From contig CAWDJS010000008.1 of NCBI GenBank assembly GCA_963802585.1, positions 8,940 through 72,939 of the forward strand: 64,000 nucleotides of DNA. Reading direction: 5' to 3'. Below, piece by piece: positions 9,510-19,649 of the stretch. Under the pieces are notes generated by a model that had not been told where the DNA came from, searched no databases, and saw nothing but the letters and a program-made list of their open reading frames with translations. Position numbers and translations under genes: made by a program. This DNA comes from an uncultured Alphaproteobacteria bacterium. Lineage in GTDB: Bacteria > Pseudomonadota > Alphaproteobacteria > Rhizobiales > Xanthobacteraceae. The number at the start of each line of letters is the position of its first letter. Within the stretch, counting starts at the first letter, position 1.

Positions 9510-10175
9510 ATGTCGAACGAACGCATCCATGCCGACTTCACCCAACGCATCGTGCTCGCGACCGGGGAGATGCCGTGGATTCCCTCGCCGCAATCCGGCG
9601 TCGAGCGCCGGCTGCTTGACCGCATCGGCGGCGAGGTGGCGCGGGCGACCTCGCTGGTGCGTTACGCCGCCGCCAGTTCATTCCCGGCGCACGACCATCT
9701 GCTTGGCGAGGAATTCTTTGTGCTTAGCGGCGTGTTCTCCGACGAGCATGGCGACTACTCGGCCGGGACCTATGTCCGCAATCCGCCGCTCAGCCATCAT
9801 GCGCCGCGCACCGCGCCGGGCTGCACGATCTTCGTGAAGCTGCGGCAGATGCGGCCTGACGAGACGGACCGGGTCGTCATCGATACCTCCAGCGCGGCGT
9901 GGAAGAGCGAGCCGGCTGGTTTGGCGACACTGCCTCTCTACAGGGGTCCCGATGGCGAAAGCGTCGCGCTGGAACGCCTTGACCCCGGCGCGGTTCAGGC
10001 GGAGATGGACTGTCCGGCCGGCGAAGAGATATTCATACTGTCCGGCGACCTCCATGATGGGTATGGCATCCACCAAACCGGCACATGGATCAGAAATCCC
10101 CGCGGGTTCCGGCGTGTTCTGGGGTCGCCAAACGGAGCGACCTATTGGGTGAAGCGAGGGCATCTCGCCCCATGA
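9510..10175 (+). CDS. ChrR-like double cupin protein
   Basis: GVERRLLDRIGGEVARATSLVRY...HDH..GEEFFVLSGVFSDEHGDY, with a second GEEIFILSGDLHD repeat. Confidence 0.88.
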   Translation: MSNERIHADFTQRIVLATGEMPWIPSPQSGVERRLLDRIGGEVARATSLVRYAAASSFPAHDHLLGEEFFVLSGVFSDEHGDYSAGTYVRNPPLSHHAPRTAPGCTIFVKLRQMRPDETDRVVIDTSSAAWKSEPAGLATLPLYRGPDGESVALERLDPGAVQAEMDCPAGEEIFILSGDLHDGYGIHQTGTWIRNPRGFRRVLGSPNGATYWVKRGHLAP

Positions 10176-10185
10176 CAGGAAATCG

Positions 10186-10785
10186 ATGACGACGACGGCG
10201 CCGAAGCAGAGATCTGAAACCGCCGAGAAGATTCTCGACCTCGCCGAGACGCTGATCCAGACCCGCGGCTACAGTGCCTTCAGCTACCAGGACATTTCCG
10301 ACAGCCTCGGTATCCGCAAGGCCAGCATCCACTATCACTTCCCCTCGAAGACCGAGCTCGGCATCGCCGTTGTCGACCGCTATGTGGCGCGCTTCGGCGC
10401 GGCGCTGGCGATGCTTGCCGAAGACGAATCACGGCCGTCGATGGCGGTGCTGGATCTCTATGTCGAGCCCTATGCCGGTTTCGCCGACACTCCGGACCGG
10501 GTTTGCCTGTGCGGGGCGCTGGCCGGCGAAATGCTGGCGCTGCCGGGCGAACTGCGCTCGCGCGTCGAGATCTTCTTCCGCACCCATCAGGAGTGGCTCG
10601 CGAAAATGCTCAGCCGCGGCGCGGCGCGGGGCGAGTTCAACCTCGTGGCGCCGGCCGGCAAGCAGGCCCGCTTCATCTTCAGTGCGCTGCAGGGCGCGCT
10701 GCTGGTGAAACGCACCACGGGCGACGCGACGCAACTGCGCGACGTCATCACCGTGATGAAGCTGCAACTCACTTCCGGCACGTGA
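10186..10785 (+). CDS. TetR/AcrR family regulator (NemR/AcuR-like)
   Basis: RGYSAFSYQDISDSLGIRKASIHYHFPSK helix-turn-helix, plus a C-terminal CLCG motif. Confidence 0.92.
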   Translation: MTTTAPKQRSETAEKILDLAETLIQTRGYSAFSYQDISDSLGIRKASIHYHFPSKTELGIAVVDRYVARFGAALAMLAEDESRPSMAVLDLYVEPYAGFADTPDRVCLCGALAGEMLALPGELRSRVEIFFRTHQEWLAKMLSRGAARGEFNLVAPAGKQARFIFSALQGALLVKRTTGDATQLRDVITVMKLQLTSGT

Positions 10786-11010
10786 GCGGCAAAACTCCGG
10801 CGAATCACGGAGCGAGTTTTCTTAAAATGCGGTGAGTGCGTCTTATTGTTGGCGCGGAATCCGGCTTTTTTCCCCAGCGAGACTCCCGTTCACGGTCTGG
10901 ACTCTTACCCCTGGAGTCCCCTTGGCGATATTGTCTTTTGATTCGCGGGCAGTGGGGAAAATGCTGCACGCCAAATCATGTTCTCTTAAGGCTTCCCTGG
11001 GGCGCGAAGG

Positions 11011-13509
11011 ATGTCGGGCGTAATCGGATCGATGCGTCAGACGCTGCTGTCGTGCACTGCGCTTGCACGTGCCGGCCTGATGGGCCTCGTCGCGGGCACG
11101 CTGCCCTTTGCGCGGCCTGCCTGGGCCGGCGATGGGTCGCTGATCTCCGCGATCTTCGACTTCAACCGGCAGGAAGTCGCGGTGCTGACCACCGCGCTGG
11201 CGCTGCTCGGCTTTTCGGTGCTGGCCGCGATTCTCTTGATGCACACCCGCATCCGCTCCGCCAAAGCCGAGGCGCGGCTGCACACCAAGATCGAGGGGCT
11301 GCAGCTGCAGGCCGACCGCTACCGCGCGCTGCTGTTCGCGGAACCCCAGATCCTGATCTCCTGGGCCGCCGGCGACAACCGGCCGCGGATTTCCGGCGAC
11401 ATCTCGCTGTTGATGCAGCAGGACACCCCGCAGCGCATCCTCGCCTTCGGAACCTGGCTGCCGCCGGAACCGGCGCTGCAGATGGACCATGCGGTCGACG
11501 CGCTGCGCGAGAGCGGCGAAGGCTTTGTGCTCAACCTCACCACCTCGAACGGCCACTCGATCGAGGCGATGGGCCGCGCGATCGGCGGCCAGGCCATTGT
11601 GCGGATTCGCGAATTGTCGGGGCTGCGGCGTGAACTGGCGGAAACAAATTTCCGCCTGAAGGCGCTGATGGAAGAGACCGAGATGCTGCGCGGCTTTGCC
11701 GACGCCTCGCCCTTCCCGATCTGGGCCAAGGGCGCCAAGGGCGAGCTCGCCTACGCCAACGCCGCCTATGTCCAGGCGACCGAAGCCGGCAGCATGGCGG
11801 ATGCGGTCGGCCGGCATATCGAGTTGCTCGATTCCCCTCACCGCGCCGAGATGGAACGCGCGCTCGGCGCGGCAAATTCTTTCAACGCGCGGCTGCCGAT
11901 CGTGACGCGCGGCGAGCGCCGCATCTATGACGTGCGCGCGATCAATGTCGGCGGCGGCTGCGTCGGCGTTGCGATCGACGCCAGCGAGGCCGACGCGTTG
12001 AGCTCGGCGCTGGTGCGGATGGCGGAGGCGCATCGCCGCGCGCTCGACCAGCTGTCCTCGGGCGTCGCCGCGTTCGACGGCCAGAAGCGGCTCGCCTTCT
12101 ACAACGATTCCTATCGAAGGCTATGGGACCTCGAGCCGCAATTCCTCGACAGCAACCCCGATGATTCCAGCGTGCTCGACCGGCTGCGCGCGGCGCGCAA
12201 GCTGCCCGAACAGGCGGATTTCCGCGCCTGGAAGGCAAAGCTGCACGAGGCCTATCGCGCCGACGAAACCGTCAAGGACACCTGGTTCCTGCCCGACGGC
12301 CGCGCGCTCAGCGTCGTCACCACGCCCAATACCGAAGGCGGCGTCACCTATCTGTTCGACGACGTCACCGAGAGCCTCAATCTGGCGCGGCAATTCGACC
12401 GCCTCAACCGGGTGCAGCGCGAGACGCTCGACAGCCTTGCCGAAGGCGTCGCGGTCTTTGGCAGCAATGGCCGCGCCCAATTGTTCAATCCGGCCTTCGT
12501 CAAGATGTGGAAGCTGTCGCCGGAAGCGCTGCGCGAGGAGCCGCATATCGACACGGTCGAGGCCTGGTGCAAGCCGCTGTTCGACGAAGCCAAGGCCTGG
12601 CGCACCATCCGCGAGGCGGTCACTGCGATCGAAAGCCGCGCCGACGTGTATCTCAAGCTAGATCGCAAGGACGGCAGCGTGCTCGACTGCATGAGCCGGC
12701 CCTTGCCCGACGGCGCCACCATGCTGACCTTCCAGGACATCACCGACACCGAGAATGTCGAGCGGGCGCTGCGCGAGAGCAACGACGCGCTGAAGGCCGC
12801 CGACCAGATGAAGATCGACTTCGTCCACCACGTCTCCTACGAATTGCGCGCCCCGCTCACCACCATCATCGGCTTCGCGCATTTCCTCTCGGACCCCTCG
12901 ACCGGGCCGCTGACGCCGAAGCAGGCCGAATATCTCGATTACGTCACCAAATCGACCAATGCGCTGCTGGCGCTGACCAACAACATCCTCGATCTTGCCA
13001 CCATCGACGCCGGCGCCATGAAGCTCGAGCTTGGCCCGGTCGACATCAGGAAGGCGATCGAGGCCGCCGCCGAAGGCCTGCAGGACCGCCTCGCCACCGA
13101 CCGCATCCGCCTCAGGATCGACATCGATTCCAACATCGGCAGCTTCATCGGCGACGAGCGGCGCGTGGTGCAGGTGCTCTATAACCTGCTGGCCAACGCC
13201 GTCGGCTTCTCGCCGCAGGATGCGATCGTAGGCATCAGCGCCAACCGGACCGAGCGCAGCGTGGTCTTCACCGTGACCGATGCCGGACCCGGCATGCCGC
13301 CGGAGGTCCGCGACAAGGCGTTCGACATGTTCGAGAGCCATTCCCAGGGCTCGCGGCATCGCGGCGCCGGACTCGGCTTGTCGCTGGTGCGCTCCTTTGT
13401 CAAACTGCATGGCGGCGAGGTGCGCTTCGCACCGCCGGCGGGCAAGGGAACCACCGTGATCTGCGAATTTCCGCTTCAACAGGCCGTGCAGCGCGACGCC
13501 GCTGAATGA
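11011..13509 (+). CDS. divL: PAS-domain sensor pseudokinase DivL-like
   Basis: Multiple PAS-like repeats. The H-box reads HHVSYELRAPLT (Tyr at the phospho-His position). HATPase N/G boxes present. Conserved position upstream of tsaE. Confidence 0.85.
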   Translation: MSGVIGSMRQTLLSCTALARAGLMGLVAGTLPFARPAWAGDGSLISAIFDFNRQEVAVLTTALALLGFSVLAAILLMHTRIRSAKAEARLHTKIEGLQLQADRYRALLFAEPQILISWAAGDNRPRISGDISLLMQQDTPQRILAFGTWLPPEPALQMDHAVDALRESGEGFVLNLTTSNGHSIEAMGRAIGGQAIVRIRELSGLRRELAETNFRLKALMEETEMLRGFADASPFPIWAKGAKGELAYANAAYVQATEAGSMADAVGRHIELLDSPHRAEMERALGAANSFNARLPIVTRGERRIYDVRAINVGGGCVGVAIDASEADALSSALVRMAEAHRRALDQLSSGVAAFDGQKRLAFYNDSYRRLWDLEPQFLDSNPDDSSVLDRLRAARKLPEQADFRAWKAKLHEAYRADETVKDTWFLPDGRALSVVTTPNTEGGVTYLFDDVTESLNLARQFDRLNRVQRETLDSLAEGVAVFGSNGRAQLFNPAFVKMWKLSPEALREEPHIDTVEAWCKPLFDEAKAWRTIREAVTAIESRADVYLKLDRKDGSVLDCMSRPLPDGATMLTFQDITDTENVERALRESNDALKAADQMKIDFVHHVSYELRAPLTTIIGFAHFLSDPSTGPLTPKQAEYLDYVTKSTNALLALTNNILDLATIDAGAMKLELGPVDIRKAIEAAAEGLQDRLATDRIRLRIDIDSNIGSFIGDERRVVQVLYNLLANAVGFSPQDAIVGISANRTERSVVFTVTDAGPGMPPEVRDKAFDMFESHSQGSRHRGAGLGLSLVRSFVKLHGGEVRFAPPAGKGTTVICEFPLQQAVQRDAAE

Positions 13510-15032
13510 ACGCGCCTGCGACCTTTTCCGTGGCGCTCGCAAATGAGGCGGCGACCGCGCAGCTGATGGCCGATCTCGCCCTCCTGATCGGCCCCGGCGA
13601 CCTCATCACGCTCTCGGGCGATCTCGGCGCCGGCAAGACCGCTGCGGCGCGGGCGATGATCCGCTACCTCGCCGATGACGAGGCGCTCGAGGTCCCGAGC
13701 CCTACCTTCACGCTGGCGCAAAACTACGACCTGCCGTCGTTCCCGCTGGTGCATGCCGACCTCTATCGCATCAGCGACCCCTACGAGCTGGAGGAGATCG
13801 GGCTGTCGCCGCTGCCGGAAGGCACGGTCGCGCTGATCGAATGGCCGGAGCGTGCGGCAAACACGCTGCCGGTCGACCGGATCGACATCGCCTTCAACCA
13901 CCGCCCGGCGCTGGGCTCGACCGCGCGCGTCGCCGAAATCACCGGCTATGGCAAGGCCGCTGCGGTAGTCGAGCGGCTCAAGGCGTTGCGGCAATTCCTC
14001 GAAGGCGCTGACTTCATCGACGCCCGCCGCAAGCGCATGGCGGGCGATGCCTCGATCCGCTCCTATGCCCGGCTGATCAAGGACGACGGCGTTTTCATCC
14101 TGATGAATTCACCGAAGCGTCCGGATGGCCCCGCGATCTATGACGGCAAGCCTTACAGCGCCGCCGTGCATCTCGCCGAAGACGTCAAACCCTTTGTCGC
14201 CGTTGACAAGGGCCTGCGCGGGCGCGGGCTCTCGGCGCCCGAAATCCATCATGCCGATCTCGAAGGCGGGTTCCTGATCACCGAAGATCTCGGCAGCGAG
14301 CCCTTCATCGAGGGCGATCCGCCGGCGCCGATCGCCCAGCGCTACGAAGCCGCGACCGACATGCTGGCGGCGCTGCATCACGAGGCGGTGCCCGAAGTGT
14401 TGCCGCTGGTGCCTGAGGCCGACTATCCGATTCCGGTGTTCGATATCGATGCGTGGCTGATCGAGATCGGGTTGATGCTGGAATGGTACCTGCCGGACCG
14501 AGGGGTCACGCCAGGCGATGAACTCCGCGCCGAGTTCGTGACGATGTGGCGCGATATCCTGCAGAAGCCTGCGGCCGCCGCCAGGACCTGGGTGCTGCGC
14601 GACTTCCATTCGCCCAATTTGATCTGGCTCGCCGATCGCGACGGCATCAAGCGGGTCGGCATCATCGATTTCCAGGATGCAGTGCTGGGACCTGCGGCCT
14701 ATGACGTCGTGTCGTTGCTGCAGGATGCGCGCATCGACGTGCCTGAAATGACCGAGCTGTCGCTGTTCTCGCGCTACATCAAGGCAAGGCGCGCGGCCGA
14801 TGCCGGCTTCGATGCCGCCGAGTTCGCCACGCTTTATGCCATCCTGTCGGCGCAGCGAAACACGCGGCTGCTCGGCACCTTCGCCCGGCTCAACCGCCGC
14901 GACGGCAAGCCCCAATATCTGCGCCACCAGCCGCGGATCTGGGGCTATCTCAACCGCTCGCTGGCACATCCGTCGCTGGCGCCGCTGAAGGACTGGTATG
15001 CGGCGAATGTGCCGTCGCCGAGTGCTGCCTAA
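13506..15032 (+). CDS. tsaE: TsaE (t6A ATPase) fused to an AmgK-like aminoglycoside/choline-kinase-fold sugar kinase
   Basis: GDLGAGKT, VPSPTFTL and HADLYR in the N-half. GDASIRSYAR, RDFHSPNL and IIDFQDA in the C-half. Confidence 0.92.
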   Translation: MNAPATFSVALANEAATAQLMADLALLIGPGDLITLSGDLGAGKTAAARAMIRYLADDEALEVPSPTFTLAQNYDLPSFPLVHADLYRISDPYELEEIGLSPLPEGTVALIEWPERAANTLPVDRIDIAFNHRPALGSTARVAEITGYGKAAAVVERLKALRQFLEGADFIDARRKRMAGDASIRSYARLIKDDGVFILMNSPKRPDGPAIYDGKPYSAAVHLAEDVKPFVAVDKGLRGRGLSAPEIHHADLEGGFLITEDLGSEPFIEGDPPAPIAQRYEAATDMLAALHHEAVPEVLPLVPEADYPIPVFDIDAWLIEIGLMLEWYLPDRGVTPGDELRAEFVTMWRDILQKPAAAARTWVLRDFHSPNLIWLADRDGIKRVGIIDFQDAVLGPAAYDVVSLLQDARIDVPEMTELSLFSRYIKARRAADAGFDAAEFATLYAILSAQRNTRLLGTFARLNRRDGKPQYLRHQPRIWGYLNRSLAHPSLAPLKDWYAANVPSPSAA

Positions 15033-15062
15033 GTCTCACCCAACTATCGTCGAACTCCGTCC

Positions 15063-15082
15063 ACCTCTCCCTTGGGAGAGGT
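15063..15082. repeat. Short REP-like palindrome
   Basis: ACCTCTCCC-TT-GGGAGAGGT. Confidence 0.5.
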
Positions 15083-15204
15083 AAAACTACCGCCCAGGCC
15101 AAGCTCCGTAGATTTACCGGTTGTTAGCCAGCCGCCCTTACGCTGGCATAGGCCACGGCTCGCATGCGCGCGGGAGGCCCATCGATCAGAGCTGGAGCGA
15201 GGAC

Positions 15205-15522
15205 ATGGCGGCGACAGAACGGCGCAAGGGCGACCGCGTCATCTTCGAGCGTGGAATCCCCGCCCACATGATGGGGATCGACGGCACCTGGCGGCGCGAC
15301 TGCATCATGGAGGATGTCTCCGAGACCGGCGCCAAGCTGACGGTGGATGGCTCCGTGGAGGGGCTGCACCTGAAGGAATTTTTCCTGCTGCTGTCGTCGA
15401 CCGGCCTCGCCTACCGCCGCTGCGAGCTGTCCTGGGTCAATGGCGACCAGATCGGCGTTAACTTTTTAAAGCAGGGCGACAAGAAGAAGAAGCTCGGCCG
15501 CCGTACGCCGGCGGACGCCTGA
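15205..15522 (+). CDS. Stand-alone PilZ domain protein
   Basis: RKGDR (RxxxR) and DVSETG (DxSxxG) c-di-GMP motifs. Start after a GAGGAC RBS. Confidence 0.88.
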   Translation: MAATERRKGDRVIFERGIPAHMMGIDGTWRRDCIMEDVSETGAKLTVDGSVEGLHLKEFFLLLSSTGLAYRRCELSWVNGDQIGVNFLKQGDKKKKLGRRTPADA

Positions 15523-15642
15523 CCTTGGGTGGGCCGCTGCCGTCGTACAGCCGTCATCAGGGACGACTATGGCGTCGGCGCAACTATACCAACCCTCCCG
15601 CCGTGGTATGATTCGCGGCGTTCTTACCGAGATTTCCCTGAC

Positions 15643-16365
15643 ATGTCCGTCAAACCCACCAAAGCCATGGTCCTCGCTGCCGGCCTCGGCCTGCGCATGC
15701 GCCCGCTGACGGACCACATGCCAAAACCACTGGTGCCTGTGGCCGGACGGCCGCTGCTGGACCACGTGCTGGACAAGCTCGCCGCGGCCGGCGTTGGCGA
15801 AGCGGTGGTCAATGTGCATTACCTGCCGGACCAGATCATCCAGCATGTGGCCGCGCGCAAATCGCCGCACGTCATCATTTCCGACGAGCGCGACCAGGTG
15901 CTCGGGACCGGCGGCGGCGTGGTAAAGGCCTTGCCGCTGCTGGGCCAACAGCCGTTCTTCCATGTCAATTCCGACACGATGTGGATCGACGGCGTGCAGT
16001 CCAACCTGAAGCGGCTCGCGGAAGCGTTCGATCCCGCGCGCATGGATATTCTGCTGCTGATGGCGCCGACCGCGAACAGCATCGGCTATGGCGGCCGCGG
16101 CGATTATTCCATGCTGCCGGACGGCGCGCTGCGCAAGCGCAGGGAGCACCAGGTGGTGCCGTTCGTCTATGCCGGCGCCGCGATCCTGTCGCCAGCGATT
16201 TTCGATCGTGCGCCGGAGGGCGCGTTCTCACTGACCAAAATGTTCGACGCTGCCAACGAGCAGGAACGGCTGTTCGGCCTGCGCCTCGACGGCGTCTGGA
16301 TGCATGTCGGCACGCCCGATGCCGTGGACGCCGCCGAAGAGGCGTTTCTGGAGAGCGTGGCGTAG
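15643..16365 (+). CDS. murU: MurNAc-1-phosphate uridylyltransferase-like nucleotidyltransferase
   Basis: AMVLAAGLGLRMRPLTDHMPKPLV, VNVHYL and WMHVGTP motifs. Sits downstream of the amgK-like domain. Confidence 0.85.
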   Translation: MSVKPTKAMVLAAGLGLRMRPLTDHMPKPLVPVAGRPLLDHVLDKLAAAGVGEAVVNVHYLPDQIIQHVAARKSPHVIISDERDQVLGTGGGVVKALPLLGQQPFFHVNSDTMWIDGVQSNLKRLAEAFDPARMDILLLMAPTANSIGYGGRGDYSMLPDGALRKRREHQVVPFVYAGAAILSPAIFDRAPEGAFSLTKMFDAANEQERLFGLRLDGVWMHVGTPDAVDAAEEAFLESVA

Positions 16366-16374
16366 CCGGCGCCA

Positions 16375-16459
16375 TCGTCGTTGCCGGGCTTGACCCGGCA
16401 ATCCATCGCTTGAATAAACTCTTTTTGATGGATGCGCGGGTCAAGCCCGCGCATGACGA
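16375..16459. repeat. REP doublet (GTCnTnnnCGGGCTTGACCCG type)
   Basis: TTGCCGGGCTTGACCCGGCAATCCATC...GATGGATGCGCGGGTCAAGCCCGCGCATGAC. A second copy is at 23600-23688. Confidence 0.8.
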
Positions 16460-16504
16460 GCCGAGAATCCCTATATTCGCCGCGACTATCGAATCAGGCC
16501 CTCC

Positions 16505-19500
16505 ATGCGCGTTTTCAGCGTCCCCCTTTCCGTACCGTTCCTGCGCTGCGTCATCGCGGCGCTGATCGATGGCCGGCTGGTCGAAGGCTTTGAAGCGCGC
16601 AGCAATCCCGCAAAACTCGCGGGCGCGATACTCTATCTGCCGACCCGGCGCGCCATGCGCGTCGCGAGAGAGGTTTTTCTCGACGAACTGAACAGCGACG
16701 CCGCGGTGCTGCCGCGCATTGTCGCGCTCGGCGACATCGACGAGGATGAGCTCGCCTTCGCCGACGAGGCGGAGCAACTTTCCGGTGCCGCGCCGCTCGA
16801 CATTCCGCCCAAACTCGGCGAGCTGGAACGGCGGCTGACGCTGGCGCGCCTAGTCGCCGCCTGGGCCAAGGGTCCCGTACTGGCGCCGCTGGTGGTCGGC
16901 GGGCCGGCCTCGACGCTGGCGCTCGCGGGCGATCTCGCCCGGCTGATCGACGACATGGTGACGCGTGGCGTCGACTGGAACGCGCTCGACGGACTCGTGC
17001 CCGATCAGCTCGACGTCTATTGGCAGCACTCGCTGCAATTCCTGAAGATCGCGCGCGAGACCTGGCCGAACTACCTCACCGAGATCGGCAAGATCGAACC
17101 GGCGGCGCGCCGCGATCAGTTGATCACGGCCGAAGCCGCGCGGCTGACCGCCCGTCATAGGGAACCGGTGATCGCTGCCGGCTCGACCGGTTCGATGCCG
17201 ACCACCGCAAAATTCCTGCATGCAGTGGCAAAGCTCCCTCAGGGCGCGGTGGTGCTGCCCGGCCTCGACACCGATCTCGACGAAGAGTCCTGGCGGGGCA
17301 TCGGCGGCAAGCGCGATGAGAGCGGCAAATTCGTCGAGCATCCCGCCTCGAACCATCCGCAATTCGCGATGCAGGCGCTGCTGGAGCGTTTTGGCATCAA
17401 ACGAAGCGACGTGGAAATTCTGCAGCGGCCCGCACCTGACGGCCGCGACGTGCTGCTGTCGGAAGCGATGCGTCCTTCGAACGCGACGGCGCAATGGCAT
17501 GACCGGCTGAAACAGCCTGACATCGCCGCGCACATTGCCAACGGCATGAAACATCTCGCCGTGATCGAGGCGCCCAATCCGGAAATGGAGGCGCTCGCGA
17601 TTGCGGTGGCGCTGCGCGAGGCGCGGCATCTCGGCAAGACGGCGGCCTTGGTCACGCCGGACCGCGCGCTGGCGCGCCGCGTGATGGCCTCGCTCGGGCG
17701 CTGGAACATCGATTATGAGGATTCCGGCGGTGATGCGCTGATCGAAACACCCGCCGGCATCTTTGCGCGGCTTGCGGCGGAAGCCGTCGCGGGCGGACTG
17801 GAGCCGCCGACACTGCTGGCGCTGCTGAAACACCCAATGTGCCGGCTCGGCGGCGCGGAAGGCGCTTTGAAGTCGGCGATCGAACGGCTGGAGCTGGCGC
17901 TGCTGCGAGGCACGCGGCCGCAACCGGGAACGAGCGGCCTTGCGGAGGATTTTAAGCGGTTCCGCAGCGAGCTCGACAAGCTCAACCGCGGCGAGGTGTC
18001 GTCACTGCACCGCGCCGAGCGGCGCGCGCGCTTGAACCAACGCGAGCTTGATCGCGCACAAGCGCTGGTCCGTACGTTGCAGACGGCGCTGGCGCCGCTG
18101 GAAAGCCTTTCATCGACGAAACCATACGACTTCGCCGAACTGGCCACACGTCATCGCGAAACCTTGATCGAACTGTCGCGCGACGAAAGCGGCATCTCGG
18201 TCGCCTTCGAGGATCAGGAAGGCCTCGCGCTCGCCGCCGCTTTCGACGACCTGTTGTCGGCGCAACAGCAAAGCGGGCTGATGGTCGCGCTTCCTGATTA
18301 TCCTGAAGTGTTCCAGACCGCCTTCGCCGATCGCGCGGTGCGGCGGCCGGAACGGCCGGGTACGAAACTCCACATCTACGGCCCACTGGAATCGCGGCTG
18401 ATGCAGGCCGACCGCGTCATCGTCGGCGGCCTGATCGAGGGCGTGTGGCCACCGGCGCCGCGGATCGATCCCTGGCTCAGCCGGCCGATGCGGCACGAGC
18501 TCGGCCTCGATCTGCCAGAGCGGCGCATCGGCCTTTCCGCGCACGATTTTGCACAACTGCTCGGACATGAGGACGTGGTCCTGAGCCACAGCGCAAAAGC
18601 CGGCGGCGCGCCGGCGGTGGCTTCACGCTTCCTGCATCGCCTTGAGGCAGTCGCCGGCGAGGGACGTTGGAAGGAAGCTACGGCAGCGGGTGAACAATAT
18701 GTCCACTTCGCCGAGGAGCTGGACCGGCCCGAGGTGGTCAAGCCGATTGCGCAGCCCGCACCTAAGCCGCCGCGTGCGACACGGCCGCTCGAATTGTCGG
18801 TCACGGCGATCGAGGACTGGCTGCGCGATCCCTACACCATCTACGCCAAACATATCTTGAAGCTCGACGCGCTCGATCCCGTCGATATGCCGCTGTCGGC
18901 GGCGGATCGCGGCTCGGCGATCCATGACGCCATCGGTGACTTCACCAAGACTTCATGCGGGCAAGCTGCCCGACGATCCCGAGCGGGCCTTACGCGATAT
19001 CGGCCAAAAGTATTTTGCGCCGCTGATGGAACGCCCCGAAGCGCGCGCACTGTGGTGGCCGCGCTTTCAGCGCATCGCGAGATGGTTTGTCGAATGGGAG
19101 GCCGGCCGCCGTGGCGGAATCGATGCGATCGAGGCCGAGATCAAGGGCGAGATCGCGATCCAGCTCGACAATGAGCGCATCTTCCATCTCTCCGCGCGCG
19201 CCGACCGGATCGAGCGCCGCGCCGATGGCACGTTCGCCATCCTCGACTACAAGACCGGGCAGCCGCCGACGGGAAAACAGGTGCGCATGGGCCTGTCGCC
19301 GCAGCTCACGCTGGAAGCGGCGATCCTGCGCGAAGGCGGCTTTGAGGGCATCGACGCGGGCGCTTCCGTCGGCGAGCTGGTCTATGTGCGCTTGAGCGGC
19401 AACAATCCGCCGGGCGAGGAGCGATCGCTGCAACTGAAGATCAAGAACGAGACACCGCAGCCTCCCGATGCCGCCGCCGATTATGCGCGGGCGCAGCTGG

Positions 19501-19649
19501 AAACGCTGATCCGGAAATTCGAGAACGAGGACGAGCCCTATCGCTCACTGGTGCTGTCGATGTGGACCGGCCGCTACGGCACCTATGACGACCTTGCCCG
19601 GATCAAGGAATGGTCCGCGGCCGGCGGATTGGGACTTCCGGAATGGTGA
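16505..19649 (+). pseudogene. addB: Double-strand break repair protein AddB, split by an apparent +1 frameshift near 18950
   Basis: ORF 16505-19174 is AddB up to HDAIGDFTK. ORF 18924-19649 continues LHAGKLPDDP...ARADRIE...LDYKTG (nuclease domain). Deleting one A in ACCAAGACTTCAT restores the frame. Confidence 0.85.

Noticed and set aside
10836-11633. 265-aa ORF overlapping the divL start
   Set aside because: Alternative frame of divL, Arg/Ala-rich with no motifs.
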